DNA of 64,000 bases. Origin: Balanoglossus misakiensis (lineage: Eukaryota; Animalia; Hemichordata). Within the stretch, counting starts at the first letter, position 1, and every line of letters begins with the position of its first letter. Below the pieces are notes generated by a model, which was not told where the DNA came from, searched no databases, and worked only from the letters and a program-made list of their open reading frames with translations. The stretch spans positions 1,922,001 to 1,986,000 of the forward strand of contig CM082590.2 of assembly GCA_040954595.2 (NCBI GenBank), given 5' to 3'. Of the stretch, positions 1 to 13,364 are shown in pieces. The translations under genes were made by a program, and so were the position numbers.

Positions 1-1286
1 TGAGTGACCAATTAGCTTACACGCAAGATTTGCCACCCGTGTCGTTCTACGCACAGAATTCTGTGCGTAAATAGAGACTGTCCCCGGGCGTTTCTTTTCG
101 ACACCCTGGTCTCCGGGCTACACATTCCATAGCCTTACATGTAGAACTTTCAGAAAACAGTGTTACAATATTGTCATTTTCTTAATATCTTCACAAAAGA
201 TGCCAAAAGAGGAGTATTTATGATATAAAGAAAACTCTATGTCACTGTGCTTGATTTTTTGATTGAGCTGTTCAGATATTTTCATCATAGGAAAAGTATA
301 GCACTATAATTGTCCGGTTGCTTTGATAGTTTCTCTTTTTACAAGGAGTTACTGAGACTGTGTACATAATATGTATAGGTTATCGCACGAGTAATGGTGC
401 GTTTACGGTAGTTATCACCAGACTTTTGGTCATCAGTTTGTAAAATTCACGAGGCCGCAAGGTCAAATTTTCAAGATTTCAACTACTCCAGGTGTTCGTA
501 TGCCATACTGCTACATTTGTATTATTATTTCACAGTAAAGGATGCTTTCTTACAGCAAAAAAATTGGCATCTGTTGCTCGACTCATTTTATTTCACAAAC
601 TATGTCGATGGATGAGGGGTGCAATATTTGTTTTGGATTGGACAAGCCCTCATGAGCCAAGTTAAGTACGCCACATAAAGAGCCACACATGGCCACATTT
701 TGTGCTCTAGGTATCATGCATCTACATACATCTTGCTGTAGATTTTGGACGACAAAGAGCTATGTGTCATGAAATCAAATTGTATGACAGCTGAATGCAA
801 TTCAAAAAACGGATCCAGCCAAAACTAAATGCTTCTGATTGGTCTAGACAGGTTTATGCTCATGAATGCATAGCCACAAAGGTATGTGACTCCACCTATG
901 AAGTCCCATATACCACTGCTCAGTAGATGCACAATAAAAATTATGAATATGGGATATGTGAATATAAATCAATAATAATATTGATTAAGAAAAAAAGGCT
1001 GTAAGAATGGCTTCATATTGAAGATGCTACCTACGAAATGGGGGATTTTATGGTTAATTTTTAAAAAATCTCTAAAGTTGTGTGTCTAAATGATAGTCAC
1101 ATATTATGTATTAAATGATTCATGAAAAATTAATTGACATATTCATGTTGGAAAATCAGATGTTTTTTTCTGCTTTTCTTTAAAAAAATTCATGGAAGAT
1201 ATTCTCTAAAAATCAGCTGATATTTCATTTTATGAGGAAAATTTTCAGCTGATTTTTCATTCACTGACATTATCTGTGAAAAATTC

Positions 1287-4200
1287 CAGAATACCACAGT
1301 TGTAATAATTTGTCTGGTCACAATATGTCTACAGACACATCACATACATGGACATGAATGCAAGAATGGACACAGATCATTTATGAAGTCAATGTGAACA
1401 ACTTTACTTGAAGTCAGTACATTGTAAACAGAATACCGCAGTTGTAATAATTTGTCTGGTCACAATATGTCTATAGACACATCATGTACATGGACATGAA
1501 TTCAGGAATGGACACAGATCATTTATGAAGTCAATGTGAACAACTTTACTTGAAGTCAGTACATTGTAAACAGAATACCACAGTTGTAATAATTTGTCTG
1601 GTCACAATATGTCTATAGACACATCATGTACATGGACATGAATGCAAGAATGGACACAGATCATTTATGAAGTCAATGTGAAACTTGAAGTCAGTACATT
1701 GTAAACAGAATACCACAGTTGCAATAATTTGTCTGCTCACAATATGTCTATAGACACATCATGTACATGGACATGAATGCAAGAATGGACACAGATCATT
1801 TATGAAGTCAATGTGAACAACTTTACTTGAAGTCAGTACATTGTAAACAGAATACCAGATTTGTAATAATTTGTCTGATCACAACATGTCTATAGACACA
1901 TCACGTACATGGACATGAATGCAAGAATGGACACAGATCATTTTTGAAGTCAATGTGAACAACTTTACTTGAAGTCAGTACATTGTAAACAGAATACCAG
2001 AGTCGTAATAATTTGTCTGATCACAATATGTCTATAGACACATCATGTACATGGACATGAATGCAAGAATGGACACAGATCATTTATGAAGTCAATGTGA
2101 ACAACTTTACTTCAAGTCAGTACATTGTAAACAGAATACCAGAGTCGTAATAATTTGTCTGATCACAATATGTCTATAGACACATCATGTACATGGACAT
2201 GAATGCAAGAATGGACACAGATCATTTATGAAGTCAATGTGAACAACTTTACTTCAAGTCAGTACATTGTAAACAGAATACCAGATTTGTAATAATTTGT
2301 CTGATCACAACATGTCTATAGACACATCACGTACATGGACATGAATGCAAGAATGGACACAGATCATTTATGAAGTCAATGTGAACAACTTTACTTCAAG
2401 TCAGTACATTGTAAACAGAATACCAGAGTTGTAATAATTTGTCTGGTCACAATATGTCTATAGACACATCATGTAAATTGACACGAATGAAAGAATGCAC
2501 ACAGATCATTTATGAAGTCAATGTGAACAACTTTACTTGAAGTCAGTACATTGTAAACAGAATACCACAGTTGCAATAATTTGTCTGCTCACAATATGTC
2601 TATAGACACAATCATGCAAATTGACACGACTGAAAGAATGCACACAGATCATTTATGAAGTCAATGTGAACAACTTTACTTGAAGTCAGTACATTGTAAA
2701 CAGAATACCAGATTTGTAATAATTTGTCTGATCACAATATGTCTATAGACACATCACGTACATGGACATGAATGCAAGAATGGACACAGATCATTTATGA
2801 AGTCAATGTGAACAACTTTACTTGAAGTCAGTACATTGTAAACAGAAGACCAGAGTTGTAATAATTTGTCTGGTCACAATATGTCTATAGACACATCATG
2901 TACATGGACATGAATGCAAGAATGGACACAGATCATTTATGAAGTCAATGTGAACAACTTTACTTCAAGTCAGTACATTGTAAACAGAATACCAGAGTCG
3001 TAATAATTTGTCTGATCACAATATGTCTATAGACACATCATGTACATGGACATGAATGCAAGAATGGACACAGATCATTTATGAAGTCAATGTGAACAAC
3101 TTTACTTGAAGTCGGTACATTGTAAACAGAATACCAGAGTTGTAATAATTTGTCTGCTCACAATATGTCTATAGACACAATCATGCAAATTGACACGACT
3201 GAAAGAATGCACACAGATCATTTATGAAGTCAATGTGAACAACTTTACTTGAAGCCGGTACATTGTAAACAGAATACCAGAGTTGTAATAATTTGTCTGC
3301 TCACAATATGTCTATAGACACAATCATGCAAATTGACACGACTGAAAGAATGCACACAGATCATTTATGAAGTCAATGTGAACAACTTTACTTCAAGTCA
3401 GTACATTGTAAACAGAATACCAGAGTCGTAATAATTTGTCTGATCACAATATGTCTATAGACACATCATGTACATGGACATGAATGCAAGAATGGACACA
3501 GATCATTTATGAAGTCAATGTGAACAACTTTACTTGAAGTCAGTACATTGTAAACAGAAGACCAGAGTTGTAATAATTTGTCTGGTCACAATATGTCTAT
3601 AGACACAATCATGCAAATTGACACGACTGAAAGAATGCACACAGATCATTTATGAAGTCAATGTGAACAACTTTACTTCAAGTCAGTACATTGTAAACAG
3701 AATACCAGAGTCGTAATAATTTGTCTGATCACAATATGTCTATAGACACATCATGTACATGGACATGAATGCAAGAATGGACACAGATCATTTATGAAGT
3801 CAATGTGAACAACTTTACTTGAAGTCAGTACATTGTAAACAGAAGACCAGAGTTGTAATAATTTGTCTGGTCACAATATGTCTATAGACACATCATGTAC
3901 ATGGACATGAATGCAAGAATGGACACAGATCATTTATGAAGTCAATGTGAACAACTTTACTTCAAGTCAGTACATTGTAAACAGAATACCAGAGTCGTAA
4001 TAATTTGTCTGATCACAATATGTCTATAGACACATGATGTACATGGACATGAATGCAAGAATGGACACAGATCATTTATGAAGTCAATGTGAACAACTTT
4101 ACTTGAAGTCATTACATTGTAAACAGAATACCAGAGTTGTAATAATTTGTCTGGTCACAATATGTCTATAGACACATCATGTAAATTGACACGAATGAAA

Positions 4201-7200
4201 GAATGCACACAGATCATTTATGAAGTCAATGTGAACAACTTTACTTGAAGTCAGTACATTGTAAACAGAATACCACAGTTGCAATAATTTGTCTGCTCAC
4301 AATATGTCCATAGACACAATCATGCAAATTGACACGACTGAAAGAATGCACACAGATCATTTATGAAGTCAATGTGAACAACTTTACTTCAAGTCAGTAC
4401 ATTGTAAACAGAAGACCAGAGTTGTAATAATTTGTCTGGTCACAATATGTCTATAGACACATCATGTACATGGACATGAATGCAAGAATGGACACAGATC
4501 ATTTATGAAGTCAATGTGAACAACTTTACTTCAAGTCAGTACATTGTAAACAGAATACCAGAGTCGTAATAATTTGTCTGATCACAATATGTCTATAGAC
4601 ACATCATGTACATGGACATGAATGCAAGAATGGACACAGATCATTTATGAAGTCAATGTGAACAACTTTACTTGAAGTCGGTACATTGTAAACAGAATAC
4701 CAGAGTTGTAATAATTTGTCTGGTCACAATATGTCTATAGACACATCATGTAAATTGACACGAATGAAAGAATGCACACAGATCATTTATGAAGTCAATG
4801 TGAACAACTTTACTTGAAGTCAGTACATTGTAAACAGAATACCACAGTTGCAATAATTTGTCTGCTCACAATATGTCTATAGACACAATCATGCAAATTG
4901 ACACGACTGAAAGAATGCACACAGATCATTTATGAAGTCAATGTGAACAACTTTACTTGAAGTCAGTACATTGTAAACAGAATACCAGATTTGTAATAAT
5001 TTGTCTGATCACAATATGTCTATAGACACATCACGTACATGGACATGAATGCAAGAATGGACACAGATCATTTATGAAGTCAATGTGAACAACTTTACTT
5101 CAAGTCAGTACATTGTAAACAGAATACCAGAGTCGTAATAATTTGTCTGATCACAATATGTCTATAGACACATCATGTACATGGACATGAATGCAAGATA
5201 GGACACAGATCATTTATGAAGTCAATGTGAACAACTTTACTTGAAGTCAGTACATTGTAAACAGAATACCAGAGTTGTAATAATTTGTCTGGTCACAATA
5301 TGTCTATAGACACATCATGTAAATTGACACGAATGAAAGAATGCACACAGATCATTTATGAAGTCAATGTGAACAACTTTACTTGAAGTCAGTACATTGT
5401 AAACAGAATACCACAGTTGCAATAATTTGTCTGCTCACAATATGTCTATAGACACAATCATGCAAATTGACACGACTGAAAGAATGCACACAGATCATTT
5501 ATGAAGTCAATATGAACAACTTTACTTGAAGTCAGTACATTGTAAACAGAATACCAGATTTGTAATAATTTGTCTGATCACAACATGTCTATAGACACAT
5601 CATGTACATGGACATGAATGCAAGATAGGACACAGATCATTTATGAAGTCAATGTGAACAACTTTACTTGAAGTCAGTACATTGTAAACAGAATACCAGA
5701 GTTGTAATAATTTGTCTGGTCACAATATGTCTATAGACACATCATGTAAATTGACACGAATGAAAGAATGCACACAGATCATTTATGAAGTCAATGTGAA
5801 CAACTTTACTTGAAGTCAGTACATTGTAAACAGAATACCACAGTTGCAATAATTTGTCTGCTCACAATATGTCTATAGACACAATCATGCAAATTGACAC
5901 GACTGAAAGAATGCACACAGATCATTTATGAAGTCAATATGAACAACTTTACTTGAAGTCAGTACATTGTAAACAGAATACCAGATTTGTAATAATTTGT
6001 CTGATCACAACATGTCTATAGACACATCACGTACATGGACATGAATGCAAGAATGGACACAGATCATTTATGAAGTCAATGTGAACAACTTTACTTGAAG
6101 TCAGTACATTGTAAACAGAAGACCAGAGTTGTAATAATTTGTCTGGTCACAATATGTCTATAGACACATCATGTACATGGACATGAATGCAAGAATGGAC
6201 ACAGATCATTTATGAAGTCAATGTGAACAACTTTACTTCAAGTCAGTACATTGTAAACAGAATACCAGATTTGTAATAATTTGTCTGATCACAACATGTC
6301 TATAGACACATCACGTACATGGACATGAATGCAAGAATGGACACAGATCATTTATGAAGTCAATGTGAACAACTTTACTTGAAGTCAGTACATTGTAAAC
6401 AGAATACCAGAGTTGTAATAATTTGTCTGGTCACAATATGTCTATAGACACATCATGTAAATTGACACGAATGAAAGAATGCACACAGATCATTTATGAA
6501 GTCAATGTGAACAACTTTACTTGAAGTCAGTACATTGTAAACAGAATACCACAGTTGCAATAATTTGTCTGCTCACAATATGTCTATAGACACAATCATG
6601 CAAATTGACACGACTGAAAGAATGCACACAGATCATTTATGAAGTCAATGTGAACAACTTTACTTGAAGTCAGTACATTGTAAACAGAATACCACAGTTG
6701 CAATAATTTGTCTGCTCACAATATGTCTATAGACACAATCATGCAAATTGACACGACTGAAAGAATGCACACAGATCATTTATGAAGTCAATGTGAACAA
6801 CTTTACTTGAAGTCAGTACATTGTAAACAGAATACCAGATTTGTAATAATTTGTCTGATCACAATATGTCTATAGACACATCACGTACATGGACATGAAT
6901 GCAAGAATGGACACAGATCATTTATGAAGTCAATGTGAACAACTTTACTTCAAGTCAGTACATTGTAAACAGAATACCAGAGTTGTAATAATTTGTCTGG
7001 TCACAATATGTCTATAGACACATCATGTAAATTGACACGAATGAAAGAATGCACACAGATCATTTATGAAGTCAATGTGAACAACTTTACTTGAAGTCAG
7101 TACATTGTAAACAGAATACCACAGTTGCAATAATTTGTCTGCTCACAATATGTCTATAGACACAATCATGCAAATTGACACGACTGAAAGAATGCACACA

Positions 7201-10200
7201 GATCATTTATGAAGTCAATGTGAACAACTTTACTTCAAGTCAGTACATTGTAAACAGAAGACCAGAGTTGTAATAATTTGTCTGGTCACAATATGTCTAT
7301 AGACACATCATGTACATGGACATGAATGCAAGAATGGACACAGATCATTTATGAAGTCAATGTGAACAACTTTACTTCAAGTCAGTACATTGTAAACAGA
7401 ATACCAGAGTCGTAATAATTTGTCTGATCACAATATGTCTATAGACACATCATGTACATGGACATGAATGCAAGAATGGACACAGATCATTTATGAAGTC
7501 AATGTGAACAACTTTACTTCAAGTCAGTACATTGTAAACAGAATACCAGAGTCGTAATAATTTGTCTGATCACAATATGTCTATAGACACATCATGTACA
7601 TGGACATGAATGCAAGATAGGACACAGATCATTTATGAAGTCAATGTGAACAACTTTACTTGAAGTCAGTACATTGTAAACAGAATACCAGAGTTGTAAT
7701 AATTTGTCTGGTCACAATATGTCTATAGACACATCATGTAAATTGACACGAATGAAAGAATGCACACAGATCATTTATGAAGTCAATGTGAACAACTTTA
7801 CTTGAAGTCAGTACATTGTAAACAGAATACCACAGTTGCAATAATTTGTCTGCTCACAATATGTCTATAGACACAATCATGCAAATTGACACGACTGAAA
7901 GAATGCACACAGATCATTTATGAAGTCAATATGAACAACTTTACTTGAAGTCAGTACATTGTAAACAGAATACCAGATTTGTAATAATTTGTCTGATCAC
8001 AACATGTCTATAGACACATCACGTACATGGACATGAATGCAAGAATGGACACAGATCATTTATGAAGTCAATGTGAACAACTTTACTTGAAGTCAGTACA
8101 TTGTAAACAGAAGACCAGAGTTGTAATAATTTGTCTGGTCACAATATGTCTATAGACACATCATGTACATGGACATGAATGCAAGAATGGACACAGATCA
8201 TTTATGAAGTCAATGTGAACAACTTTACTTCAAGTCAGTACATTGTAAACAGAATACCAGAGTTGTAATAATTTGTCTGGTCACAATATGTCTATAGACA
8301 CATGTAAATTGACACGAATGAAAGAATGGACACAGATCATTTATGAAGTCAATGTGAACAACTTTTCTTGAAGTCAGTACATTGTAAACAGAATACCACA
8401 GTTGTAATAATTTGTCTGGTCACAATATATCTATAGACACATCATGTAAATTGACACGAATGCAAGAATGGACCCAGATCATTTATGAAGTCAATATGAA
8501 CAACTTTATTTGATGTCAGTACATTGTAAACAGAATACCACAGTTGTAATAATTTGTCTGGTCACAATATGTCTATAGACACATTATGTACATGAACATA
8601 AATGCAAGAATGGACACAGATCATTTATGAAGTCAATGTGAACAACTTTATTTGAAGTCAGTACATTTTAAACAGAATACCAGAGTTGTAATAATTTGTC
8701 TGGTCACAATATGTCTATAGACACATCATGTAAATTGACACGAATGAAAGAATGCACACAGATCATTTATGAAGTCAATGTGAACAACTTTACTTGAAGT
8801 CAGTACATTGTAAACAGAATACCAGAGTTGCAATAATTTGTCTGCTCACAATATGTCTATAGACACAATCATGCAAATTGACACGAATGAAAGAATGCAC
8901 ACAGATCATTTATGAAGTCAATGTGAACAACTTTACTTGAAGTCAGTACATTGTAAACAGAATACCAGAGTTGTAATAATTTGTCTGATCACAATATGTC
9001 TATAGACACATGATGTACATGGACATGAATGCAAGAATGGACACAAATCATTTATGAAGTCATTGTGAACAACATTACTTGAAGTCAGTACATTGTAAAC
9101 AGAATACCACAGTTGTAATAATTTGTCTGGTCACAATATGTCTATAGACACATCACGTACATGGACACGAATGCAAGAATGGACACAGATCATTTATGAA
9201 GTCAATATGAACAACTTTACTTGAAGTCAGTACATTGTAAACAGAATACCAGAGTTGTAATAATTTGTCTGGTCACAATATGTCTATAGACACATCATGT
9301 ACATGGACACGAATGAAAGAATGCACACAGATCATTTATGAAGTCAATGTGAACAACTTTATTTGAAGTCAGTACATTGTAAACAGAATACCAGAGTTGT
9401 AATAATTTGTCTGATCACAGTATGTCTATAGACACATCACGTACATGGACATGAATGCAAGAATGGACACAGATCATTTATGAAGTCAATGTGAACATAA
9501 TTACTTGAAGTCAGTACATTGTAAACAGAATACCAGAGTTGTAATAATTTGTCTGGTCACAATATGTCTATAGACACATCACGTACATGGACATGAATGC
9601 AAGAATGGACACAGATTATTTATGAAGTCAATGTGAACAACTTTACTTGAAGTCAGTACATTGTAAACAGAAGACCAGAGTTGTAATAATTTGTCTGGTC
9701 ACAATATGTCTATAGACACATCACGTACATGGACATGAATGCAAGAATGGACACAGATCATTTATGAAGTCAATGTGAACAACTTTACTTGAAGTCAGTA
9801 CATTGTAAACAGAAGACCAGAGTTGTCATAATTTGTCTGATCACAATATGTCTATAGACATATCACGTACATGGACATGAATGCAAGAATGGACACAAAT
9901 CATTTATGAAGTCATTGTGAACAACATTACTTGAAGTCAGTACATTGTAAACAGAATACCACAGTTGTAATAATTTGTCTGGTCACAATATGTCTATAGA
10001 CACATCATGTACATGGACATGAATGCAAGAATGGACACAGATCATTTATGAAGTCAATGTGAACAACTTTACTTGAAGTCAGTACATTGTAAACAGAATA
10101 CCAGAGTTGTAATAATTTGTCTGGTCACAATATGTCTATAGACACATCATGTACATGGACATGAATGCAAGAATGGACACAGATCATTTATGAAGTCAAT

Positions 10201-12519
10201 GTGAACAACTTTACTTGAAGTCAGTACATTGTAAGCAGAATACCAGAGTTGTAAGAATTTGTCTGATCACAATATGTCTATAGACACATCACGTACATGG
10301 ACATGAATGCAAGAATGGACACAGATCATTTATGAAGTCAATGTGAACAACTTCACTTGAATTCAGTACATTGTAAACAGAATACATGAGTTGAAATAGT
10401 TTGTCTGGTCACAATATGTCTATAGACACATCATGTATATGGACATGAATGCAAGAATGGACACAGATCATTTATGAAGTCAATGTTAACAACTTCACTT
10501 GAAGTCAGTACATTGTAAACAGAATACATGAGTTGAAATAGTTTGTCTGGTCACAATATGTCTATAGACACATCATGTAAATTGACACGAATGAAAGAAT
10601 GCACACAGATCATTTATGAAGTCAATATGAACAACTTTACTTGAAGTCAGTACATTGTAAACAGAATACCACAGTTGTAATAATTTGTCTGGTCACAATA
10701 TGTCTATAGACACATCGTGTACATGGACATGAATGCAAGAATGGACTCAGATCATTTATGAAGTCATTATGAACAATTTTATTTGATGTCAGTACATTGT
10801 AAACAAAATACCACAGTTGTAATAATTTGTCTGGTCACAATATGTCTATAGACACATTATGTACATGAACACGAATGCAAGAATGGACACAGATCATTTA
10901 TGAAGTCAATATGAACAACTTTACTTGAAGTCAGTACATTGTAAACAGAATACCAGAGTTGTAATAATTTGTCTGGTCACAATATGTCTATAGACACATC
11001 ATGTACATGGACACGAATGAAAGAATGGACACAGATAATTTATGAAGTCAATGTGAACAACTTCACTTGAATTCAGTACATTGTAAACAGAGGACCAGAG
11101 TTGTCATAATTTGTCTGATCACAATATGTCTATAGACATATCACGTACATGGACATGAATGCAAGAATGGACACAAATCATTTATGAAGTCATTGTGAAC
11201 AACATTACTTGAAGTCAGTACATTGTAAACAGAATACCACAGTTGTAATAATTTGTCTGGTCACAATATGTCTATAGACACATCATGTACATGGACATGA
11301 ATGCAAGAATGGACACAGATCATTTATGAAGTCAATGTGAACAACTTTACTTGAAGTCAGTACATTGTAAACAGAATACCAGAGTTGTAATAATTTGTCT
11401 GGTCACAATATGTCTATAGACACATCATGTACATGGACATGAATGCAAGAATGGACACAGATCATTTATGAAGTCAATGTGAACAACTTTACTTGAAGTC
11501 AGTACATTGTAAGCAGAATACCAGAGTTGTAATAATTTGTCTGATCACAATATGTCTATAGACACATCACGTACATGGACATGAATGCAAGAATGGACAC
11601 AGATCATTTATGAAGTCAATGTGAACAACTTCACTTGAATTCAGTACAGTGTAAACAGAATACATGAGTTGAAATAGTTTGTCTGGTCACAATATGTCTA
11701 TAGACACATCATGTATATGGACATGAATGCAAGAATGGACACAGATCATTTATGAAGTCAATGTGAACAACTTCACTTGAAGTCAGTACATTGTAAACAG
11801 AATACATGAGTTGAAATAGTTTGTCTGGTCACAATATGTCTATAGACACATCCTGTACATGGACATGAATGCAAGAATGGACACAGATCATTTATGAAGT
11901 CAATATGAACAACTTTACTTGAAGTCAGTACATTGTAAACAGAATACCACAGTTGTAATAATTTGTCTGGTCACAATATGTCTATAGACACATCGTGTAC
12001 ATGGACATGAATGCAAGAATGGACTCAGATCATTTATGAAGTCATTATGAACAATTTTATTTGATGTCAGTACATTGTAAACAGAATACCACAGTTGTAA
12101 TAATTTGTCTGGTCACAATATGTCTATAGACACATTATGTACATGAACATGAATGCAAGAATGGACACAGATCATTTATGAAGTCAATATGAACAACTTT
12201 ACTTGAAGTCAGTACATTGTAAACAGAATACCAGAGTTGTAATAATTTGTCTGGTCACAATATGTCTATAGACACATCATGTACATGGACACGAATGCAA
12301 GAATGGACACAGATCATTTATGAAGTCAATATGAACAACTTTACTTGAAGTCAGTACATTGTAAACAGAATACCACAGTTGTAATAATTTGTCTGATCAC
12401 AATATGTCTATAGACACATCATGTACATGGACACGAATGCAAGAATGGACACAGATCATTTATGAAGTCAATATGAACAACTTTACTTGAAGTCAGTACA
12501 TTGTAAACAGAATACCAGA
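1287..12519. repeat. Satellite array 1, left arm (142-bp monomer, ~79 copies)
   Basis: Head-to-tail monomer GTTGTAATAATTTGTCTGGTCACAATATGTCTATAGACACATCATGTACATGGACATGAATGCAAGAATGGACACAGATCATTTATGAAGTCAATGTGAACAACTTTACTTGAAGTCAGTACATTGTAAACAGAATACCAGA; period read directly (GTTGTAATAA at 1441 and 1583); no long ORFs in the track. Confidence 0.97.
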
Positions 12520-12543
12520 CACTGGGCAAAAAGGTTGATATAC
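12520..12543 (+). repeat. Left terminal inverted repeat of the CACTA element
   Basis: CACTGGGCAAAAAGGTTGATATAC, pairs with 24397-24420. Confidence 0.93.
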
Positions 12544-12556
12544 ATTCAGTATTTTT

Positions 12557-12900
12557 ACGTATATGGACACGTAGATCAGGAATATGCGCAAGTATACAAT
12601 AGTCTGCACAGTTGTACATCTGCAATCTGCTCGACGTATATGTTACGTATATTCACGTATATGGAACATACCAATGTGTTAGTATACGTGCACGTATATC
12701 TATGAAGATCACGGGTGTGCACAACGCAGACTATTGCAGATTAAGTGCACACCATAAACATTCTAACGTATTTGTACATATTCTTAGTGCATATCTTCCT
12801 TGCTATTTGCATATCTGTGTTATTAGCATACGTTACATCATCATCACAGACATTTACATTTGCATAGTTGAGTTTACGTTTCTGGTATTTTTACGTATAT
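12557..12900 (+). repeat. Left subterminal ACGTATAT motif cluster
   Basis: Exact ACGTATAT at 12557, 12634, 12645, 12655, 12692, 12893 plus near matches (12569, 12766); CACTA elements are known to carry subterminal repeats. Confidence 0.75.
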
Positions 12901-13364
12901 TTAATGCAGACCCTTCCGGAAATTACCATACATTATGTCATCATTGAGGCCAAATATTTGCATATATTAACTGGGGGGGGGGGGGGGGTCATATGTAAAT
13001 TATTCCCAAGGTCGCAATACAGGGGTCATCCTTTATGGTCAGGATTAGGCCTTGCCTTTTTTATTCACTGTTCCTTTGCAAATTTGATGCTATGTATCTG
13101 TTTTGAAAGGCTACTGCATTTCAAGCAAATAAATAGCAACAAATCAGTAAAGGCAGTGATAGATTGACAGAGAAAACAAAAACCAACACAGTTCAAGCCA
13201 ACACACTTTCTCCATCATGCATCAACACAAAACTGCCCACATATAACTCTGATTAATAACACCATAAATCAATGAACTTCACTTAAAGGTAATTTTAATG
13301 TAAAAACTGAAAAAAGGAAAATAATACAATGTATAAACACAAATAAATTCTTAGAAGATAAAAT

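Noticed and set aside
12419-13167. Short ORFs at the left transposon end, and 24131-24421 at the right end
   Set aside because: They translate subterminal ACGTATAT repeats; Tyr/Val/Ile-biased with no coding signature.
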